DNA from: Malacoraja senta
Taxonomy: Eukaryota
Direction of reading: 5' to 3'
Length of the DNA: 64,000 nucleotides
Assembly (NCBI GenBank): GCA_038087875.1
Contig: CM075989.1
Span: 496,001-560,000, forward strand
How positions within the stretch are numbered: the first letter of the stretch is position 1; each line of letters begins with the position of its first letter. Of this stretch, positions 59,630 to 64,000 are shown one piece after another. A program made the position numbers and the translations under genes. A model generated the notes under the pieces. It searched no databases. It was not told the DNA's origin and saw nothing but the letters and a program-made list of their open reading frames with translations.

Positions 59630-60095
59630 TCATTGTGGAGCTGGCGGCCTCTTGTTGATGATCGACTTCGGAAGCTCCAACTGCGGGAGCCTGCACACTT
59701 AACATCACGGATCTTGTGATCCCTTTGTCAGGGATTGACCTCGGGAGCTGCAACCAAGAGAGCCTGCGGACTTAACATTGTGGAGCTCGCGGTCCCTTGG
59801 TTAGGGACCGACTTTGGTTGCTCCGAGCCGCAGGTGCTTCGACCACAACGATCACAGGAGCTTCGTTCACCCTGACGTGGGAGCTTCAATTCCCCCGACG
59901 CAGGACCTTCGATCGCCCCGAAGCGGAGGCTTCAATCGCCCCGACTGCGGATGGTTTTACTGCCCCGACCGCGGGTGTATAAGGAGGAAAGAAGATAAGA
60001 CTTTCTTGCCTTACATCACAGTGAGGAATGTGGGGAGTCACTGTGGCGGATGTTTATGTTAAATTTTATTTAGTTGTGGGTCCTGTTGCTTGTTT
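59630..60095 (+). repeat. Relative of the hairpin-bearing GC-rich retroposon
   Basis: GGAGCCTGCGGACT and ATCGCCCCG sub-repeats; AAGACTTTCTTGCCTTACATCACAGTGAGGA...TCACTGTGGCGGATGTTT. Confidence 0.55.
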
Positions 60096-60098
60096 GGT

Positions 60099-61015
60099 AT
60101 AACCATATAACCATATAACAATTATGGCACGGAAACAGGCCATCTCGGCCCTTCTAGTTTGTGCCGAACACTTATTCTCCCCTAGTCCCATCTACCTGCA
60201 CTGAGACCATAACCCTCCATTCCTTTCCCGTCCACATACCTATCCAATTTATTTTTAAATGATAAAATCGAACCTGCCTCCACCACTTCCAATGGAAACT
60301 CATTCCACACAGCCACCACTCTCTGAGTAAAGAAGTTCCCCCTCATGTTACCCCTAAACTTCTGTCCCTTAATTCTCAAATCTTGTCCTCTTGTTTGAAT
60401 CAATGGAAAAAGCTTATCCACGTCAACTCTGTCTATCCCTCTCATCATTTTAAAGACCTCTATCAAGTCCCCCCTTAACCTTCTGCGTTCCAAAGACTAA
60501 AGACCTAACTTGTTCAACCTTTCTCTGTAACTTAGTTGCTGAAACCCAGGCAACATTCTAGTAAATCCCCTCTGTACTCTCTCTATTTTGTTGACATCTT
60601 TCCTATAATTTGGCAACCAAAATTGTACACCATACTCCAGAATTGGCCTCACCAATGCCTTGTACAATTTTAACATTACATCCCAACTTCTTTACTCAAT
60701 GCTCTGATTTATAAAGGCCAAAAGCTTTCTTTACCACCCTATCTACATGAGATTCCACCTTCAGGGAACTATGCACAGTTATTCCTAGATCCCTCTGTTC
60801 AACTGCATTCCTCAATTCGCTACCATTTACCATGTACGTTCTGTTTTGATTTGTCCTGCCAAGATGTAGCACTCACACTTATCAGCATTAAACTCCATCT
60901 GCCATCTTTCAGCCCAATTCCAAATGGCCTAAATCTCTCTGTAGACTGAAAATCTACTTCATTATCCACAACACCACCTATCTTAGTATCAACTGCATAC
61001 TTACCAATCCAATGT
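60099..61015 (-). mobile_element. CR1 subfamily C 3' portion with (AACCATAT)n tail as read on the plus strand
   Basis: RRRLRGDLIEVFKMMRGIDRV...FFTQRVVAVWN; YAVDTKIGG. Confidence 0.88.
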
Positions 61016-61319
61016 ATGACTGTATGGCAAATCAAATTCCTTGTATGTTTTCACATACTTGACTAATAAATTAATTGTATTACAATACAATTCCAGCACT
61101 CTAAATGCTGAGCTCAGCTCCCAAGAATGGAAACGTTTCTGTAGTGGTTTAATCATCCAGCACCATTCATGACCAGAAGAGGCAGGACTGCCAATCTTTG
61201 ATCTCACCCACTGGCTGTTAAACTGTCCACATCTTGCTGTTTTTTGAAGGGTACACTTTAAAAAACAACCCACTTATCTGAAGTTCCTTTTCCTTCAAAC
61301 AACCTATTCCAAACAACTT

Positions 61320-61645
61320 GAACAAGTTCCTGGCTCATAGCAGCAAAGTTGGCCTGTCTTAATTTTGTATTTTAACTTGTAGGCCCGCTCTGTCCCTATC
61401 CATAACTATCTTAAACCTAATAGAACAGTGTTCATTGGTCCCAAATGGCACATCCACAAACATTTCATCCACTTGCCCCTCCCAATTTAGCAAGACTAGA
61501 TCAAGCGTTGCCCTTTCCCATGTTGGGCCCCAAACATATTGCCGGAGGAATCTCTCCTGAACACATTTAACAAATTCCACCGCGTCTAAACTTTTCACAA
61601 TATGATATTCCCAGTCAATATTGGGAAAGTTAAAACCCCCTACTA
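61320..61645 (-). mobile_element. Old CR1 endonuclease fragment
   Basis: FVKCVQERFLRQYV..PT..ATLDLVL...NEHCSIRF. Confidence 0.75.
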
Positions 61646-62034
61646 CAACAACCAGGAGTCTGAAGGCAGTGATTCCATGAGGGCAAATACGTCAGACTGT
61701 CCCGGAATTATCCCAGGGGGAGCTCCCCAATTTAGACACCAGTTTACAGAAATGTTACTTCTTTATTCCATTTCTGCTTTCTGGTTTCAACCAACAGTTT
61801 GTTCCCTGCTGTTATCAGAACACTGAACAGTCATCACAAAAGCTAAGGTGTCGTCCCAATATCTCAATCAACCTCGATGCGGACTTTGCTGAAACACTGT
61901 ATTCTATACCCTGGTAATTTATTCTTTGCACTGCCTGTTGTATTTGTTTGTGGCTTGATTTTACCCCTGTATGATATTATTTTTCTTTCACAGGACAGCA
62001 TGCCGGCAGGCTGGTTTGCCACTGATACATGGGT

Positions 62035-63920
62035 GGTTTTCAACTGAATAAGGGGTGTCAAATGGGATAGTCAAGGACAGAGTTAAAGGGAAAGAGAGTA
62101 AAGGGATAGTTAATGACCCCAGAATTAATGGGAAAGAAAGCTCACAAAGGGATAGGAGAGTATAGCCAAGTGTAATAGGGATCGATGTGAAAGGTGAGAT
62201 GCGTAAGGAATTAAAAGTATTGTATATGAATGCGCGACTTATAAGAAGTAAAGTAGATGAGCTTGAGGCTCAGTTAGAGGTTGGTAGATATGACATTGTG
62301 GGGATTACTGAGACGTGGCTGCAGGAGGATCGGGTCTGGGAATTTAATATTCAGGGTTGTACATCTTATAGAAAGGACAGGCAGGTAGGCAGAGGAGGGG
62401 TAGCTCTGCTGGTGAGGGATGGAATTCAGTCCCTTGCGAGGGAACTGACATAGGGACTGACAAGGTAGAGTCACTGTGGATTGAGTTGAGGAATTGTAAA
62501 GGAAAGAAGACACTAATCAGTGTTATCTACAGACCCCCAAATAGTAGCCCGGATGTAGGGTGTAAGTTGCAGCAGGAGTTAAAACTGGCATGTAACAAAG
62601 GTAATGCCACTGTGGTGATGGGGGATTTCAATATGCAGGTAGACTGGGAAAATCAGGTTGGTTCAGGACCCCAAGAAAGAGAGTTTGTAGAGTGCCTCCG
62701 AGATGGATTCTTAGAGCAGCTTGTAATGGAGCCGACCAAAGAAAAGGCAATTCTGGATTTTATCAATGCATGAGAGAGGAGCTGGCCAAGGTAGACTGGA
62801 AAGGGATCCTAGCAGGAATGATGGTGGAACAGCAATGGCAGGAATTTCTGGGCATAATCCGGAAGACGCAGGATCATTTCATTCCAAAAAGGAAGAAAGA
62901 TTCTAAGGGGAGTAGGAGGCAACCGTGACTGACAAGAGAAGTTAGGGATAGAATAACCATATAACCATATAACCATTACAGCACGGAAACAGGCCATCTC
63001 GGCCCTTCAAGTCCGTCCCCAACACTTTTTTTTCCCTTCTTTCTTCTTACTTTCCCCTAGTCCCATCTACCTGCACTCAGACCATATCCCTCCATTCCTT
63101 TCCCATCCATATACCCATCCAATCTATTTTTAAAAGATAAAATCGTATCTGCCTTCACCACTTCCACTGGACGCGCATTCCACACAGCTACACACGAATA
63201 AAACTAAACTAAAATATGTATAACACAGCAAAGAGTAGCCGGAAGCCAGAGGATTGGGAAACTGTCATAGGACAACAGAAGGAAACAAAACGGGCAATAC
63301 GGGCTGAAGAGATGAAGTACGAAGGGAAGCTGGCCAGGAATATAAAGAAGGACAGTAAAAGCTTCTTTAGATATGTTAAGGGAAAAAGAGTAGCAAAGTC
63401 AAATGTGGGTCCCTCGAAGGCAGACACGGGTGAAATTATTATGGGGAACAAGGAAATGGCAGAAGAGTTAAACAGATACTTCGGATCTGACATCACTAAG
63501 GAAGACACAAACAATCTCGCAGATGTACTGGAGGACAGTGGATCTAAGGGGGTAGAGGAACTGAAATAAATTTTCATTAGGTGAAAAGTAGTATTGTGTA
63601 GGCTAATGGGACTGAAGGTTGATAAATCCCCTGGGCCTGATGGTCTGCATCCCAGGGTCCTCAGGGAGGTGGCTCCAGAAATAGTGGACGCATTGGTGAT
63701 CATTTTCCAATGTTCAATAGATTTAGGTTCAGTTCCTGTGGATTGGAGGATAGTTAATGTTATCCCACTTTTCAAGAAAGGAGCGACAGAGAAAACGGGT
63801 AATTACAGACCAGTTAGCCTGACTTCGGTGGTGGGAAAGATACTGGAGTCAATTATTAAGGAGGTAATAATGGGGCATTTGGATAGCAGTAAAAGGATTA
63901 GTCCAAGTCAACATGGATTT
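62035..63920 (+). mobile_element. CR1-A, ORF1 end through EN to RT start; holds an antisense CR1-C tail at 62957-63195 (GAATAA TSD)
   Basis: LYMNAR, GITETWL, IYRPP, GDFN, KSFFRYVK, KSPGPDG. Confidence 0.9.
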
Positions 63921-64000
63921 ATTCAGATCCGATTCAGATTCAGATTCAGATTCAGATTCAACTTTATTGTCATTGTGCAGTGTACAGTACAGAGACAACG
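63921..64000 (-). repeat. 3' tail of another retroposon with (ATTCAG)n, continuing beyond the window
   Basis: About six ATTCAG units then CTTTATTGTCATT (antisense AATAAA). Confidence 0.6.

Overview
Eukaryotic, repeat-saturated vertebrate DNA. The repeat families (CR1 LINEs with a (TCTATGTT)n tail, V-SINE/HE1-like SINEs, Penelope remnants) point to a cartilaginous fish such as a skate or ray; this is inference. Most of the window is nested retroelements. There are three DIRS tyrosine-recombinase retrotransposons with inverted termini and an internal complementary region (5204-9846 -, 31982-36821 +, 47807-54079 -) and the terminus of a fourth at 1-57. There are two Mag-like Gypsy LTR elements: 14345-20465 (decayed) and 38879-43608 (identical LTRs, uninterrupted 1372-aa gag-pol). 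Also present: class I-like endogenous retrovirus pieces (gag-pro-RT 1786-5203 +; LTR and integrase 28920-30955 -; LTR, tRNA-Pro PBS and leader 55240-57444 -), many CR1 copies including one reconstructable full-length element with an esterase ORF1, L1/Tx1 fragments, a Hero/R2-like remnant, a Penelope GIY-YIG remnant and SINEs. The only host-gene signal is the 3' half of a probable ITIM-bearing Ig-superfamily receptor (transmembrane exon 13133-13256, terminal exon 21291-21386 with an apparent 1-nt frameshift). No prokaryotic system, CRISPR array, rRNA or genuine tRNA gene is seen. The most interesting observations are the hidden receptor exons, stop/start-coupled ORFs in the DIRS elements, DIRS junction sequences and a single catalytic knockout in a very young Gypsy. 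All alignments were done by eye, so boundaries without a TSD are approximate.
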